Below, one piece after another: positions 37,330 through 48,093 of a DNA stretch of 64,000 nt. Made by a program: the position numbers and the translations under genes. The notes under the pieces are model-generated. The model was not told the origin of the DNA and ran no database searches. It was given only the letters and a program-made list of their open reading frames with translations. The first letter of the stretch is position 1; each line of letters opens with the position of its first letter. The DNA is from a bacterium (GTDB lineage: Bacteria > Verrucomicrobiota > Verrucomicrobiia > Limisphaerales > RI-55), in NCBI GenBank assembly GCA_031362805.1, contig JANLTG010000142.1, positions 31,328-95,327 of the forward strand, given 5' to 3'.

Positions 37330-37709
37330 AATACGTACCTTACTTTTGAACAAAGTCGTGCTCACAGACGTGCTGCGCCCCTCCTGCGTTGGTGAAGTCC
37401 GGCCGTTTTTTGGAGACCTCTGGAATGAATGCGAGGGCCTCCTCCGCCCCACACAAACGCATGCCTCCGCTCGCGCACCGCGAGTGCCGAACGAGGGTGC
37501 CATCCGCACGTCCCGCTCCGCCGTGCTGCCGGATGAGCCCCGGCTCACGGGTCCAGGGGCTTCACCAGCGCGGCTTCCCAATCGAGCCTGCCACACTGGC
37601 GCAAGGGGAGCGGATGAGGCGGAGACGGGAGGACGCGGAGACGCTGCGCCAGCGACGGCGATTGCGAAGGGAGAAGGAAAAGAAAGTGGCTGGCGTGGGC
37701 GTTTCTAGC

Positions 37710-37784
37710 AACTGACGACCATCACTGACCCAACTGTCACTGACTGACTTGCTGCCTATCACTGACTCTCAGACCACTGACTCT
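37710..37784. repeat. five closely spaced (C)ACTGAC heptamer repeats (iteron-like)
   Basis: AACTGAC at 37710. CACTGAC at 37723, 37738, 37760 and 37775, with spacings of 15, 22 and 15 nt. The last two share CACTGACTCT. Confidence 0.7.
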
Positions 37785-38301
37785 ATCAACCGACAATCAC
37801 GCCCACGTCAGCCATGCGTAGAGTAGGCTTCGATTCGCAGTCGTCAAGGGATCAACAGGAGCTTTCTTTTACCACGGAGAAACAAAAAGCACGAAGGTGA
37901 AGCGAATGAAGAAAACAGGAAGGAAGGAAAACGCGAAGACGAGTTGAGCTAAGGTGCGTTTACGCGCGTACCGGAGGTGGGCCCGTCGGCCGTTGCTGGG
38001 CTGGGGCTCCGGTGAAGCAAAGCGAAGTGGAGGGCTGCCGCGCGCGGCGAGACGGGTGACCCATTCAGAGCCGATCGCCGTGGCGCAATTCGACGAACCC
38101 GGAGTGCCATCTCGCGAACGAAGGGTGAACTGGAGTGCGTGTTAGCGAGGTGATCTGGGTCGAAGTGCGGCATCCCAAAGTGTTGACTCATCGCGAAGGC
38201 ACGAAGGGCACGGAGGGGCCCTCAGGTTAGGCAAAGACAAGAAGCGCGTAGATAGGACAGTCGGTTTGGTGAACGCTCGGCGCAACTCTGATATATCCCT
38301 T

Positions 38302-38652
38302 ATGAAAACCATCCTCTCCACAATTCTCATGGCCCTGCTCTTGTGCGGCGGGAATGCGCTTGCTTCCGACATGGCATGTCCCGATCCCATGGAGCCGACG
38401 ATCGAGTCCCTGCACCACTGCGTGATGCATGCCGCCCAAGAAGGACATATCGACAATGCCGGGATTGCCCGCAGTTTGGAGGTGAGACTCCTGGTCGCCA
38501 TGGCTGCGGAAGAGCGCGGAAAAATCAAGGTGTCCGCGATGCTATTGAGGGCCTTCATCCATGAAGTCCGTGCCCAGGCTGGAAAACATGTGAACGCGGA
38601 ACATGCCGAGCACATGATTCATCACGCCGAAATTGTTTTGGAAGCGCTATAA
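38302..38652 (+). CDS. small secreted protein with a FIMAH-like helical hairpin
   Basis: Start chosen at MKTILSTILMALLLCGGNALA (signal peptide). GIARSLEVRLLVAMAAEERGKIKVSAMLLRAFIHEVRAQAGKHVNAEHAEHMIHHAEIVLEAL matches my memory of the FIMAH pattern (..L.AF...V.AQSGK.I....A..L). This was not checked by any search. Confidence 0.5.
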   Translation: MKTILSTILMALLLCGGNALASDMACPDPMEPTIESLHHCVMHAAQEGHIDNAGIARSLEVRLLVAMAAEERGKIKVSAMLLRAFIHEVRAQAGKHVNAEHAEHMIHHAEIVLEAL

Positions 38653-38805
38653 AGACCGCTCGCGGCGTCAGCGGTTTGATTTCATGGCGGCCCCCCGCCG
38701 TCGATCGAACCCACGGGGCAATGTCGCAACCATGGGGCAGGAGCTTCCTTGCTTTGTCGGCTCCTGGGTGAGGGGGGAAAGCTTGCTGTTGCCCCTCACA
38801 GAAGA

Positions 38806-39148
38806 CGCCAGCGTGGGGGTGATTCGATTCGAAACCGGCTATCGGGTCCTTGATGGCGACCTCCCAGCGCCGCCGAGTTTCATCCGTCTTCTGGGCCACG
38901 ATCCCTTCCATGACCTCCTGCCAGGTCCGGGTCAGCAGCTTGGGATCGGCACCGTTCATGTACACGCGGGCCAGTCCGAGGTTCATTGCGGGTTGTGATT
39001 CGCTTTCGTTTTTAGCCGCGAGGAGACGAGTCGCTTCGTGTTTGTCGGAAGTCTTGAGGCTCGTTTGGGCGCCGGAGAGTTTGTCCTTGAGATAGAAGAC
39101 GGCTTCCACGGGCGCCGGATCAGACCGTGGCGTTGCTGAATCGCACAT
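38806..39148 (-). pseudogene. N-terminal fragment of a tyrosine-recombinase (phage-type integrase) gene
   Basis: VFYLKDKLSGAQTSLKTSDKHEATRLLAAKNESESQPAMNLGLARVYMNGADPKLLTRTWQEVMEGIVAQKTDETRRRWEVAIKD resembles the N-terminal arm/SAM-like region of PVC-type integrases, from memory. The catalytic domain is absent, and the ORF tail runs into the converging gene at 38302..38652. Confidence 0.45.
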
Positions 39149-39405
39149 GTTGCGAATATTAAAGCAGATGCCCTTTCGCGGTTAGCGAGCAGTGGGCTGC
39201 TGGTATTCGAGCAACGGCAGAGCATTGAAGGGTCAATACATGCGCCGGAGCATTCCCGCACCAGTAGGGGCGCGCGACTTCTTGTGGAAGTTGGTCGGCT
39301 TCGTTGGGCACGCCTCCGCCCCATTGCAAACCGGGTGCGGCGGCGGGTCTGGCGGCAGCTTTTTACGGCGAAACGAAAGCGGTCGCCGGCGGAGTGGCCG
39401 CGCAA

Positions 39406-41958
39406 CTACTTGAACAACCTGTTCTTCGGATCGCCGCGGGACATCAGGTAAGCCACCATGTCCAGCACGTCCTCACGACTGAGTGTGCTGAGCAGACCTT
39501 CCGGCATGGGCGAGACGGTGGAGGGTTCGATCCTCTCGATGTCGCCGCGCTTCACGTTGGTGAAATCCCCCGGCGCGAGCATGTTTTCGGCGATGTTCAG
39601 CGTGTCGCCGTTGAGGTTGGCCACGCGACCGGATATCACGTCGCCACCCTTCTTGGTGACGACAATCATGCCGTACTGGTCGCTGATCACCTTGCTGGGT
39701 TCGAGCACCGATTCCAGGAGATCGCGTGGGCTGAAACGTCCCGCCACACCGGACAAATCTGGGCCGACCGCGCCTCCGTCGCCGTTGAAGCGGTGACAAC
39801 TGGAGCAGGCCACCGCGCCATACAACTGGCGACCGCGATCAAAGTTGCGGCCCCGAAGATCCCGCTCCGAGACGGTTGCCCAGTCAGCCAGCTTCCAATC
39901 TTTCACGAACGTGCGTGCGGCGAGCAACTCCATCGGATTCTTGATGTCCGGCTTGGCATCAAGAATTGGCTGGAGCGCCAGCTTCTCGTCATTGGTGAGG
40001 GTTTCGACCGCGTCCTTTTTGATGTCGCGGAGGAATCCACCGAGGCTGGCTCCACCTTTGAAGGCCGCCGCTTTCACAAACCACTTGAAGTATTCCTCGC
40101 GCAGCGCGGGCGTCCAACCGGTGCGCAGCACCCGCAGGGTGCGGGCGTAGTTCAACTGTTCCTCATTCGAGCCGGCAGTCCGGAGCCGGGCCATGAGCTT
40201 GTTTGCCGCCGACGGGGCCTCGAAGTAAGCAAGGAATTGCGCGAGTTCGTAAGCCTGCTCGGGTGTCTCGCCGGGGAACAGACCCTCAAACTTCGCGGTC
40301 AATGCCTGGCTGCGAGCGGCGTCCGGCCGGCCCTGGCGCGTGAGGGCGAGCGAGTGAGCGCGCAACAGGTCGATGCGCTGGCGATCGTCGAGCTTCGACC
40401 AGTCGAGGCGGTCGAGCGTGTCGAACATCTTTGCCTGGAGCGCGGCATCGGGCTTCGGGCTCGTCTCGTTGCGATGCGGCACATCCCGGCCGGTTACCCG
40501 GGCCAGCGCAATGATGGCTTCAATGGCGCGGTCCGGGTTCTTCTCCGCCAGCGCCCGCTCCTGCCATTCGGTGACCGGTTGCCATTCGAGGGCGACCCGC
40601 GCGGCAAAACGAAGCGCCCGGTCGGCGCTGTCCAATTGCTTCCAGGCCGCGTTGACGGCCTCGGCATCCTGCCGGCCGTGGAAGGACTCCAGTGCGATGC
40701 GTGCCCGGCGCTCACGTTCGCCTCCCTGAATGCCGCGTGAGGCGCGGGTGGATTCCTTGCCTGTGTAAGTGACGCGATAGAGGGCCGATTGGGTTTTGCG
40801 TCCGCCCACGGCGAAATACAATGCGCCATCCGCGGGGTTGACCTCGATGTCCGTCAACGCCAGTGGCTGGCCGGAAACGAATTCCTCAGCCTCGCCCACG
40901 TAGCTGGCGCCGGACGGCTTCAGGTGAACCGCGTAAAGTTTGCCGTAGCTCCAATCGCAAATGTAGAGCGCCTCCTGATACTTGGCGGGAAACTTCGTGC
41001 CATAGCCAAACGTGACTCCGGTGGGCGAACCGGGGCCGATATCCACGACCGCGCCCAGACTGTCAGGATAATACGCCGGCCACTTGCCCGCACCCGAACG
41101 CCAGCCGAACTCCGCCCCGCTGACGACATGATTGACGCGCGTGGGCCGATACCAAGGGGTGTTCATGTCCCACTCCATGTCGGCGTCGAAGGCGAAGAGC
41201 TCACCATCGCGGTTGTAGGCGGCGTCGTATTCATTGCGGAACCCGACGGCCTGAAGCTCCCAATCCTTGCCTTCGGGATCGGTGCGATAGATGGAACCGC
41301 CCGGTCCGAGCACGCCGCGCATGAAGCCGTTGCCATCCCAGAGCCGTGGCAGCAAATGATCCTCGCCCCAGATCTGGGGCACCCGACTGCCGGCCAGGGA
41401 GGTCAGCTTGGTCTGGTTGCCGATGACGATCGTCAACGACTTGCCATCCGGACTTTTTAGAATGGCGTGTGGACCGTGCTCGCCGCCGCCGATCAACTCA
41501 CGGAGCAAAGTCACTTCATCAAACTGATCGTCGCCGTTGGTGTCGCGCACCCGGTAGAGGCCCCGCTTGTAGGGTTGGTCGTCGGCCACCATCACGTAGA
41601 GGCTGTCGAACGCATAGAGCAAGCCCTGCGCGTGGCCCATCTTGACGGTGAGCGGCTCGACCTTGATGCTGTCGGCGGCGGCGCCGAGTGCTGGGGGGGT
41701 GACGCGAAACATCCCGCCGTATTGATCGGAAACAATCAAGCGACCCTTGGGATCGATCGTCATCGCCACCCAGGAGCCTTGGGTGTCTTGGGGAACGGTG
41801 TAGAGCAACTCCGCCTTGAACCCCGCTTTGGTGGCGAGGTTGCCGACCGTCAGTTGTGCGGCCGATAATTCGGCGGCGCCCACGCCGATCAGGAGAGCGA
41901 TGGCCGATATGGCGCCCAGCAAACGGTTTGCGACGCGGGAGAATGGGTGCGTAGTCAT
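39406..41958 (-). CDS. PVC-type large secreted protein: beta-propeller (dehydrogenase-like) + HEAT repeats + C-terminal c-type cytochrome domain
   Basis: Start chosen at MTTHPFSRVANRLLGAISAIALLIGVGAA (signal peptide). N-terminal GFKAELLYTVP...WVAMTIDPKGRLIVSDQ. C-terminal haem motif ACSSCHRFNGDGGAVGPDLSGV. Confidence 0.8.
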   Translation of the reverse strand: MTTHPFSRVANRLLGAISAIALLIGVGAAELSAAQLTVGNLATKAGFKAELLYTVPQDTQGSWVAMTIDPKGRLIVSDQYGGMFRVTPPALGAAADSIKVEPLTVKMGHAQGLLYAFDSLYVMVADDQPYKRGLYRVRDTNGDDQFDEVTLLRELIGGGEHGPHAILKSPDGKSLTIVIGNQTKLTSLAGSRVPQIWGEDHLLPRLWDGNGFMRGVLGPGGSIYRTDPEGKDWELQAVGFRNEYDAAYNRDGELFAFDADMEWDMNTPWYRPTRVNHVVSGAEFGWRSGAGKWPAYYPDSLGAVVDIGPGSPTGVTFGYGTKFPAKYQEALYICDWSYGKLYAVHLKPSGASYVGEAEEFVSGQPLALTDIEVNPADGALYFAVGGRKTQSALYRVTYTGKESTRASRGIQGGERERRARIALESFHGRQDAEAVNAAWKQLDSADRALRFAARVALEWQPVTEWQERALAEKNPDRAIEAIIALARVTGRDVPHRNETSPKPDAALQAKMFDTLDRLDWSKLDDRQRIDLLRAHSLALTRQGRPDAARSQALTAKFEGLFPGETPEQAYELAQFLAYFEAPSAANKLMARLRTAGSNEEQLNYARTLRVLRTGWTPALREEYFKWFVKAAAFKGGASLGGFLRDIKKDAVETLTNDEKLALQPILDAKPDIKNPMELLAARTFVKDWKLADWATVSERDLRGRNFDRGRQLYGAVACSSCHRFNGDGGAVGPDLSGVAGRFSPRDLLESVLEPSKVISDQYGMIVVTKKGGDVISGRVANLNGDTLNIAENMLAPGDFTNVKRGDIERIEPSTVSPMPEGLLSTLSREDVLDMVAYLMSRGDPKNRLFK

Positions 41959-42122
41959 GAATAAACGGATTTGGATGGGCCAACCTTGCCCGGTATTCAG
42001 TTGCAAGGCAATCGTGGTTTCAGCGGAGTTGAAACCTGCCAAAAGTCGCCCGGCCTCAAAAACGCTTTGCACTCCCGCCGGTATTTGCCACGCTCCCGCG
42101 ATCGTTTGGGGATGGAAAGCAG

Positions 42123-42575
42123 ATGGAACGCAAACACATACTCTACGCGGACGACAATCCGGCCGACACGGAACTGACGCTCAGCGCGCTTGCAGACATG
42201 GGGTTGCGGGAGAACGTGGCGGTCGTCAGCGACGGGATCGAGGCGCTGGACTATCTCTGCCACCGGGGCAACTACGCCGGCGCCAAGCCCGGCCTGCCGC
42301 AGCTCGTCCTGCTAGACTTGCGGATGCCCCGGATGGACGGCATTGCCACGTTGTCAGCCATCCGGGACCATCCTTGTCTCAAGACAGTGCCGGTGGTCAT
42401 GTTGACCGCTTCCAGTGCGGAGGCGGACTTGGCGCGCTGCTATGCGCTCGGGGCCAACGCGTATGTCGTCAAGCCCGTCACGAGTGAACGATTCGCCGCG
42501 GCCATCGAAGCCGTGGGCGCATTCTGGCTGGGTATCAACGAGCCGCCACCCCAGGTTCTGGCGGCGGCTCCGTAG
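42123..42575 (+). CDS. single-domain response regulator
   Basis: ILYADDNPADTEL, LVLLDLRMPRMDG, VVMLTAS and YVVKP form a canonical receiver. Confidence 0.9.
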   Translation: MERKHILYADDNPADTELTLSALADMGLRENVAVVSDGIEALDYLCHRGNYAGAKPGLPQLVLLDLRMPRMDGIATLSAIRDHPCLKTVPVVMLTASSAEADLARCYALGANAYVVKPVTSERFAAAIEAVGAFWLGINEPPPQVLAAAP

Positions 42576-42605
42576 ATTCAACCCCAGCCCAGCTGAAATC
42601 ATCGT

Positions 42606-44570
42606 TTGAAGAATAGCCTCACCATCCTTCATCTGGAAGACGAGCCGCTGGCCGCAGAACTGATCCACGAGGCGGTTCGTCGCGAAGGGCTCGCCGCCGA
42701 GTTTCATGTCGCGGTTGATGCCGGTTCATTTCGTCGGCTGCTCGAGTCCGTGAACCCAGACCTGGTACTTTCCGATTTCCGGGTGCCCGGTTTTAGCGGA
42801 CAGGAAGCCCTCGAAATGGTGCGCGCAACCGGCCTCCTCATTCCCTTCATCTTCGTATCTGGCTCGATGGGCGAGGAGGCCGCGATCGAAACCCTCCGGA
42901 GTGGCGCCACGGACTACGTACTCAAAGAACGCTTGACCCGGCTGGTGCCGGCGGTGCTGCGAGCAGTCGACGAGTCGCGCCGCCGAAGGGACGCTGATAA
43001 TGCAACCCGCGCCTTGCGGGAAAGCGAGGCAAGGCTCAAGCATGCATTGGACGCAACCCGTGACGGTTTGTGGGACTGGAACATCCCTTCCGGGGACGTG
43101 TATTTCAGTCCGCAGTGGGCCCGGTTGCTGGGCTATACACCCGATGAAGTGCCTCATCGGGTCGAGTTCTTTTTTCAAGCCCTGCATCCTGCGGATGTGG
43201 ACCAGGTCAAACAGGTGCTGGAAGACCACCTAAGCGGTCGGACGCTGGTGAAACAAGATGAGGTCCGCCTGAGAATGAAATCCCGCGACTACCGCTGGTT
43301 CTTCGATCGTGGCAAGGTGGTGACCTGGGACCCCAGGGGCGTGCCCCTGCGCATGGTCGGCACCATCACCGACATCACCGAGCGCAAGGAAGCGGAGCGC
43401 ACCAATGCCCTGCTCGAGGCGCAGCTGCAACAAGCGCACAAGATGGAGTCGCTCGGCACACTGGCTGGCGGCATCGCCCACGATTTTAACAACATCCTCG
43501 GCGCCATCCTCGGCTTCTCGGAACTTGTCCGCAGCGATCTGCCGAAGGGTTCGTCGTCCCATGCCGACTTGGGTGAAGTGCTCAAGGCGGCGAATCGGGC
43601 GAAGCAACTCGTCGAACAAATTCTCACCTTCAGCCGGCAACAGCCGCTGGAGATGCGGGCGATCCTCCTTCCCGATATCGTGCAAGAGGCGCTGCAATTC
43701 CTGCGGGCCACCACCCCGAGCTCGATCGAGCTGCGCTTGAACCTCGCCCCCGGGACACCCGTCATTCTCGGCGACCCGACCCAGATTCAACAGATCATCA
43801 TCAACCTCGCTTCCAATGCGGTTCACGCGATCCCCGACGCCGGCGGTTGCATAGAAATTTCTTCCGGCCCCCTGGAAGTCACCGAGGCCATGGCGGCCGG
43901 CAATCCAGAGTTACACGCGGGGCCTCACGCCATTCTAACCGTCGCCGACAACGGCCACGGCATGGATGATTCCGTGCAGTCCAAAATCTTCGAACCCTTC
44001 TTCACCACCAAAGCGCCGGGCCACGGAACCGGACTTGGCCTGGCTGTCGTACATGGAATCGTCCGCAAGCATCAGGGCGCGATTCGCGTCACGAGCGCCC
44101 CCGGGCAAGGCGCACGTTTTGAAATCATTTTCCCAGCCTCCCCGGCAGCGGCAAGCCCCGCAACTCCGACGTCTGGAGAAGTCGTGGCCGGCGCGGGGCG
44201 GCGCGTCATGCTGGTGGACGATGAACCGGCGCTGGTTCGGGTGGGGAAGTTGATGCTCGAGCGGCTCGGCTTTGCCGTGGAAGTCTTCACGGACAGCGGC
44301 CGCGCCTGGGAGGCGTTCGCGGCGAATCCCGACAGCTACGACTTGGTCATCAGCGATCAAACCATGCCGCGCCTCACCGGCCTTGAGCTTGCCACCCGCA
44401 TGCTGCGCTCGCGCCCGAACCTGCCGATTATCCTGGCGACGGGCTATCACACCAGCACCAGCCCCGAGCGGGTGCGGGAGGCCGGGGTGGCGGAGTTGCT
44501 GATGAAACCGTTTACGCTCGAATCGCTGACCAACGCGATCCGCACAGTTCTCGGGCCGACCGCCGCGTGA
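42606..44570 (+). CDS. hybrid sensor histidine kinase/response regulator (REC-PAS-HisKA-HATPase-REC)
   Basis: TTG start. N-terminal receiver (ILHLEDEP...[10 protein letters not shown]), PAS region (RDGLWDWNI), H-box [13 protein letters not shown] boxes ([21 protein letters not shown]), and a C-terminal receiver (VMLVDDEP...LVISDQTMP). Confidence 0.9.
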   Translation: MKNSLTILHLEDEPLAAELIHEAVRREGLAAEFHVAVDAGSFRRLLESVNPDLVLSDFRVPGFSGQEALEMVRATGLLIPFIFVSGSMGEEAAIETLRSGATDYVLKERLTRLVPAVLRAVDESRRRRDADNATRALRESEARLKHALDATRDGLWDWNIPSGDVYFSPQWARLLGYTPDEVPHRVEFFFQALHPADVDQVKQVLEDHLSGRTLVKQDEVRLRMKSRDYRWFFDRGKVVTWDPRGVPLRMVGTITDITERKEAERTNALLEAQLQQAHKMESLGTLAGGIAHDFNNILGAILGFSELVRSDLPKGSSSHADLGEVLKAANRAKQLVEQILTFSRQQPLEMRAILLPDIVQEALQFLRATTPSSIELRLNLAPGTPVILGDPTQIQQIIINLASNAVHAIPDAGGCIEISSGPLEVTEAMAAGNPELHAGPHAILTVADNGHGMDDSVQSKIFEPFFTTKAPGHGTGLGLAVVHGIVRKHQGAIRVTSAPGQGARFEIIFPASPAAASPATPTSGEVVAGAGRRVMLVDDEPALVRVGKLMLERLGFAVEVFTDSGRAWEAFAANPDSYDLVISDQTMPRLTGLELATRMLRSRPNLPIILATGYHTSTSPERVREAGVAELLMKPFTLESLTNAIRTVLGPTAA

Positions 44571-44595
44571 CCGTTCCTCCGGGTCCGGGCATATC

Positions 44596-45696
44596 TCAGG
44601 CCGCCAGGCAGTTCTTCAAAGCCTCCAGACAGCGCTGGTTCTCCGCCGGGGTGCCGATTGAAATCCGGATGTACTCGGGCAGTTGGTAGCCCGCCATCGG
44701 CCGGGTGATCACTCCCCGCTTCTGCATATCCGCGAAGACGCGCTGGCCGTCCCCCACTTTGACGAGCATGAAATTCGCGTGCGTCGGCACGTACGAAAGG
44801 CTCATCTTTCCCAACTCCACCTCGAAAAACTTCCGGCCCTGCCGGTTGTTTTCGCGCGTGCGAGCCACGTGCTCTTCGTCGGCCAGCGCGGCCAGCGCCC
44901 CGGCTTGCGCAATGGAATTGATGTTGAATGGCTGCCGCACCTTTTCCAACGCGGCGATCAATTCGGGATGGCCCAGACCGTACCCCAGCCGCAGACCGGC
45001 GAGGCCGTAGATTTTGGAGAAGGTCCGCATCAACAGCAGATTCGGATGCTGGCCGGCGCGGATCGCGGGCAGGAAATCCAACGGCTGATCAAGAAACTCA
45101 AAGTAGGCTTCATCCATCACGATCAGCACGTGCGGCGGCACTTCGCGGACGAACTTCAGCACGGATTCGCTCGCTGCCAGCGTGCCCGTGGGATTGTTTG
45201 GATTCGCCACAAACACCACCCGGGTCCGCGGTGTGATCGCCTGCAACATGGCCGGCAAGTCGTGACCAAAATCCCGCGCGGGCACCGTTACCAGCTTGCC
45301 GCTGAACAAATGCGTGACGATCGGATAGACGGCGAAGCAGTACTGCGAGACGACCACCTCGGCGCCCGGATGCACGAAGGCGTGGCCGACAAACTCGATG
45401 ATCTCGTTGGAGCCGTTGCCGAGAATCAAGTGCTGCGGCTTGAGCGCGAGCTTCTCCGCCAGCCGGGTCTTCAGGTAAAACGCGTTGCCATCGGGATAGA
45501 GGTGCAGTTGCTCAATCGCCTGGCGCATCGCCGTGATCGCTTTCGGCGACGGCCCGAGCGGGTTTTCGTTCGACGCGAGCTTGATGATGTCCCCGGCCCG
45601 CAGGCCGAGTTCACGCGCCACTTCTTCGATGGGTCGGCCGGGCTGATAGACCGGGAGTTGCGCGAGCGCCGGGTTGGGTTCAAAGGGGAGGGCCAT
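44596..45696 (-). CDS. hisC: histidinol-phosphate aminotransferase
   Basis: KLASNENPLGPSP, the PLP-lysine region RTFSKIYGLAGLRLGY, 366 aa. Confidence 0.9.
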   Translation of the reverse strand: MALPFEPNPALAQLPVYQPGRPIEEVARELGLRAGDIIKLASNENPLGPSPKAITAMRQAIEQLHLYPDGNAFYLKTRLAEKLALKPQHLILGNGSNEIIEFVGHAFVHPGAEVVVSQYCFAVYPIVTHLFSGKLVTVPARDFGHDLPAMLQAITPRTRVVFVANPNNPTGTLAASESVLKFVREVPPHVLIVMDEAYFEFLDQPLDFLPAIRAGQHPNLLLMRTFSKIYGLAGLRLGYGLGHPELIAALEKVRQPFNINSIAQAGALAALADEEHVARTRENNRQGRKFFEVELGKMSLSYVPTHANFMLVKVGDGQRVFADMQKRGVITRPMAGYQLPEYIRISIGTPAENQRCLEALKNCLAA

Positions 45697-45704
45697 GAAA
45701 TTGA

Positions 45705-46802
45705 TTACTTGATCGCTTTCACCAGCGCATCGACATCGACGTGCCGCGCGATGAGGTCGCGGATGACCATGATCTTCTCCAGGTCATCGGGCCGGGTTTT
45801 GACGGTGAGATCATGCACCTCGGACGCGACTTGATAGCTGTCCTTGCTGGCGAGCAACACGGGATAAGGAAGTTCCTTGATGACTTTGAGCACGGTGTCA
45901 TTCGGGCGTAAACCACCGGTCAGGACGATGCCCGCCAGCGACTTGCCGGTCTCTCTCAGCATCGCAGTCGCGGCGGCGAGAATCAGATCCTCGCGGTCGC
46001 CGGGGGTGATCAGCAGGACGCCGTGCTTGAAATATGGCAATGCGTTGTGAACCGCCATGGCGCCCACCACGACGTCGTCCACGAGGTTGTTGAGACGCTG
46101 TGGCTTGTTGAGCAACTCGGCCTTCAATTCCTCGCGCACCGCTTCCACGTTAGGCCGCGCCAGCATCGGGTGATTGGGCAGCACGCCGAGCAGACGCAGC
46201 CCGCGCCGCTCGAGCCCGCGCCGCGCAAAGTCGGCAATGAAATCAAGCTTCTCCGGCAACACCTTGTTGATGATGACGCCAATGATCTCGACCCCTTCCT
46301 TCTCGAACAACGCCTGGTTCAGCGCGACTTCGTCGATCGGTTTGCCGATGCCGCCGCGCGTCACAATGACCACCTTGGCGCCGAGAATCTTGGCTGCCCG
46401 CGCATTCGAAATGTCGAACACCGAACCCACGCCCGCATGGCCGGAACCTTCGCACAGCACGAAGTCCTTCTCCCAGGAAACGCGGTCAAAGGCCTGCCGC
46501 AACCGGCGGGCGAGCCCTTCATAGTCCGCCGATTCCAAATAGCGGCGCGTGAAATCCGGCTCGATGGCGATCGGGCTCATGTCCACGAGCGGACAGTTCA
46601 GCTTGTAAACGCTGTCCATCAGCACCGTGTCTTCGTCGATCTTTTGCTCGGCGATTTCGACATAGCGCTGCCCTACCGGCTTGATGTAGCCGACGCGGGG
46701 ATAGAACCGTTTCAAGGCCGCCAGCAAGCCGAGCGACGTGGTGGTCTTGCCGTCGTTCTGCCGGGTGGCAGCAATGAAGACGCGAGGAGTAAGTGAGTTC
46801 AT
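45705..46802 (-). CDS. BioD-like P-loop + DRTGG domain protein (equivalent to the N-terminal half of long Pta proteins)
   Basis: VFIAATRQNDGKTTTSLGLLAAL (P-loop-like), then a DRTGG-type region (LLITPGDREDLILAA) in the C-terminal part. It lies downstream of the pta catalytic-domain gene on the same strand. Confidence 0.75.
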   Translation of the reverse strand: MNSLTPRVFIAATRQNDGKTTTSLGLLAALKRFYPRVGYIKPVGQRYVEIAEQKIDEDTVLMDSVYKLNCPLVDMSPIAIEPDFTRRYLESADYEGLARRLRQAFDRVSWEKDFVLCEGSGHAGVGSVFDISNARAAKILGAKVVIVTRGGIGKPIDEVALNQALFEKEGVEIIGVIINKVLPEKLDFIADFARRGLERRGLRLLGVLPNHPMLARPNVEAVREELKAELLNKPQRLNNLVDDVVVGAMAVHNALPYFKHGVLLITPGDREDLILAAATAMLRETGKSLAGIVLTGGLRPNDTVLKVIKELPYPVLLASKDSYQVASEVHDLTVKTRPDDLEKIMVIRDLIARHVDVDALVKAIK

Positions 46803-46921
46803 CGAGCGGTGGTGCGTGCAAGCGGCGGGCGATCAACCCGGCTGACCTGGAAACATGAATGGCGCATTGGCGGCGAACACGTTCACAACAATCAAATTGA
46901 GAAAGGCAGATCCCAGCGGGT

Positions 46922-47979
46922 TCAAAGCTCCTCGCCGGGCAAGCAATTACCCGCGTCCGGATAGAGTTTGCTGTAGGCGATTGACTGGACGCCCACAATC
47001 GCAGCCACGCCAAGGATGTCGTGAGCCGATGAACCGCGGGAGACATCGGCCGCCGGTCGATCCAGGCCCAGCAGGATCTGTCCATAAGCGTTGGCTCGGG
47101 CGAAATGCTGCACCAGCTTGCTGCCGATGTTGCCGGAGTTGAGGTCGGGAAACACCAGCACGTTGGCGCGTCCCCCCACCGGGCTGTCGGGCAGCTTGCG
47201 TTGCGCGATCTCCGGAATCACCGCCGCGTCGAGCTGCAGCTCGCCGTCAAAATCCGCTTCCAACGATTTATCGCGCGCCTTCTTCTGGGCCAGCGCCGCC
47301 GCCGCCTGCACCTTGCCGACGCTGGGATGCGTGGCGCTGCCCCGGGTGGAAAAGGACAGCAACGCCACCCGCGGGCGGATACCAACCAACTGCCGGGCCA
47401 GTTCGGCCGTCGCGACGGCAATGTCGGAAAGTTGATCCACGTCCGGATCGGGAATGACGCCGCAGTCCGCCATGAACACCACGCCTTCATTGCCGAACCG
47501 CGTGTCTTCCACCTCCATGATCATGCAACTCGAGGCCGTGGTGCGCCGCGGGGCGACCTTGATGATTTGAAACAGCGGCCGGAGCACGCTGCCTGAAATC
47601 TCGCTCGTGCCGGAGACCAGGCCATCGGCCTGATGCATGGCCACCATCATCGCCCGTAGAAATTCACTTTCTGCATCGCATCACGGGCTTCCTCGGCCTT
47701 GATCCCCTTCGAGCGGCGCAAGCGCTCGAAACGCACCGCAAAGTTGTCCAGATCTTCGCTCTCCGCCGGATTGATGATGCGGATGCCCTCGAGCGATACA
47801 TTCAAGCGGGCCGCCGCATCCTTGATCGCGGCCCGGTCGCCCAGCAGAATGGGCACCCCCAGCCGCAGCGAAAAATACTGCCGCGCCGCCTGCAACACCC
47901 GCGGCTCGGTGCCCTCGGGGAACACGATGCGCTTGGGGTGCCGCTGAAGCTTATCGATGACGCTGCCAATGAATCGCAT
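46922..47979 (-). pseudogene. pta: phosphate acetyltransferase catalytic domain, interrupted by a 1-nt frameshift (two ORFs, 47647..47979 and 46922..47650)
   Basis: The upstream ORF ends ...KVNFYGR*. The downstream ORF starts MMVAMHQADGLVSG. Together they recreate the conserved Pta block N(Y/F)(F/Y)G.MMV..G.ADG.VSG. The junction reads TACGGGCGATGATGGTGG, with an ATGA overlap. Confidence 0.75.
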
Positions 47980-48093
47980 GGGCGGAGTAGTAACGGAGCC
48001 CTGCTGAAACTGCAACCGGTAAGGGCAGAGCGACGCGTTGCCGAACCGGGCGGATGCTGGCAGGCTGACCGCACCTCAACCCGCACCCGCACC

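Noticed and set aside
39520-39536. tRNA T-arm-like GGAGGGTTCGATCCTCT.
   Set aside because: It is embedded in an uninterrupted, well-supported CDS. I could not build matching acceptor, D or anticodon arms around it. I found no tRNA anywhere in the window.
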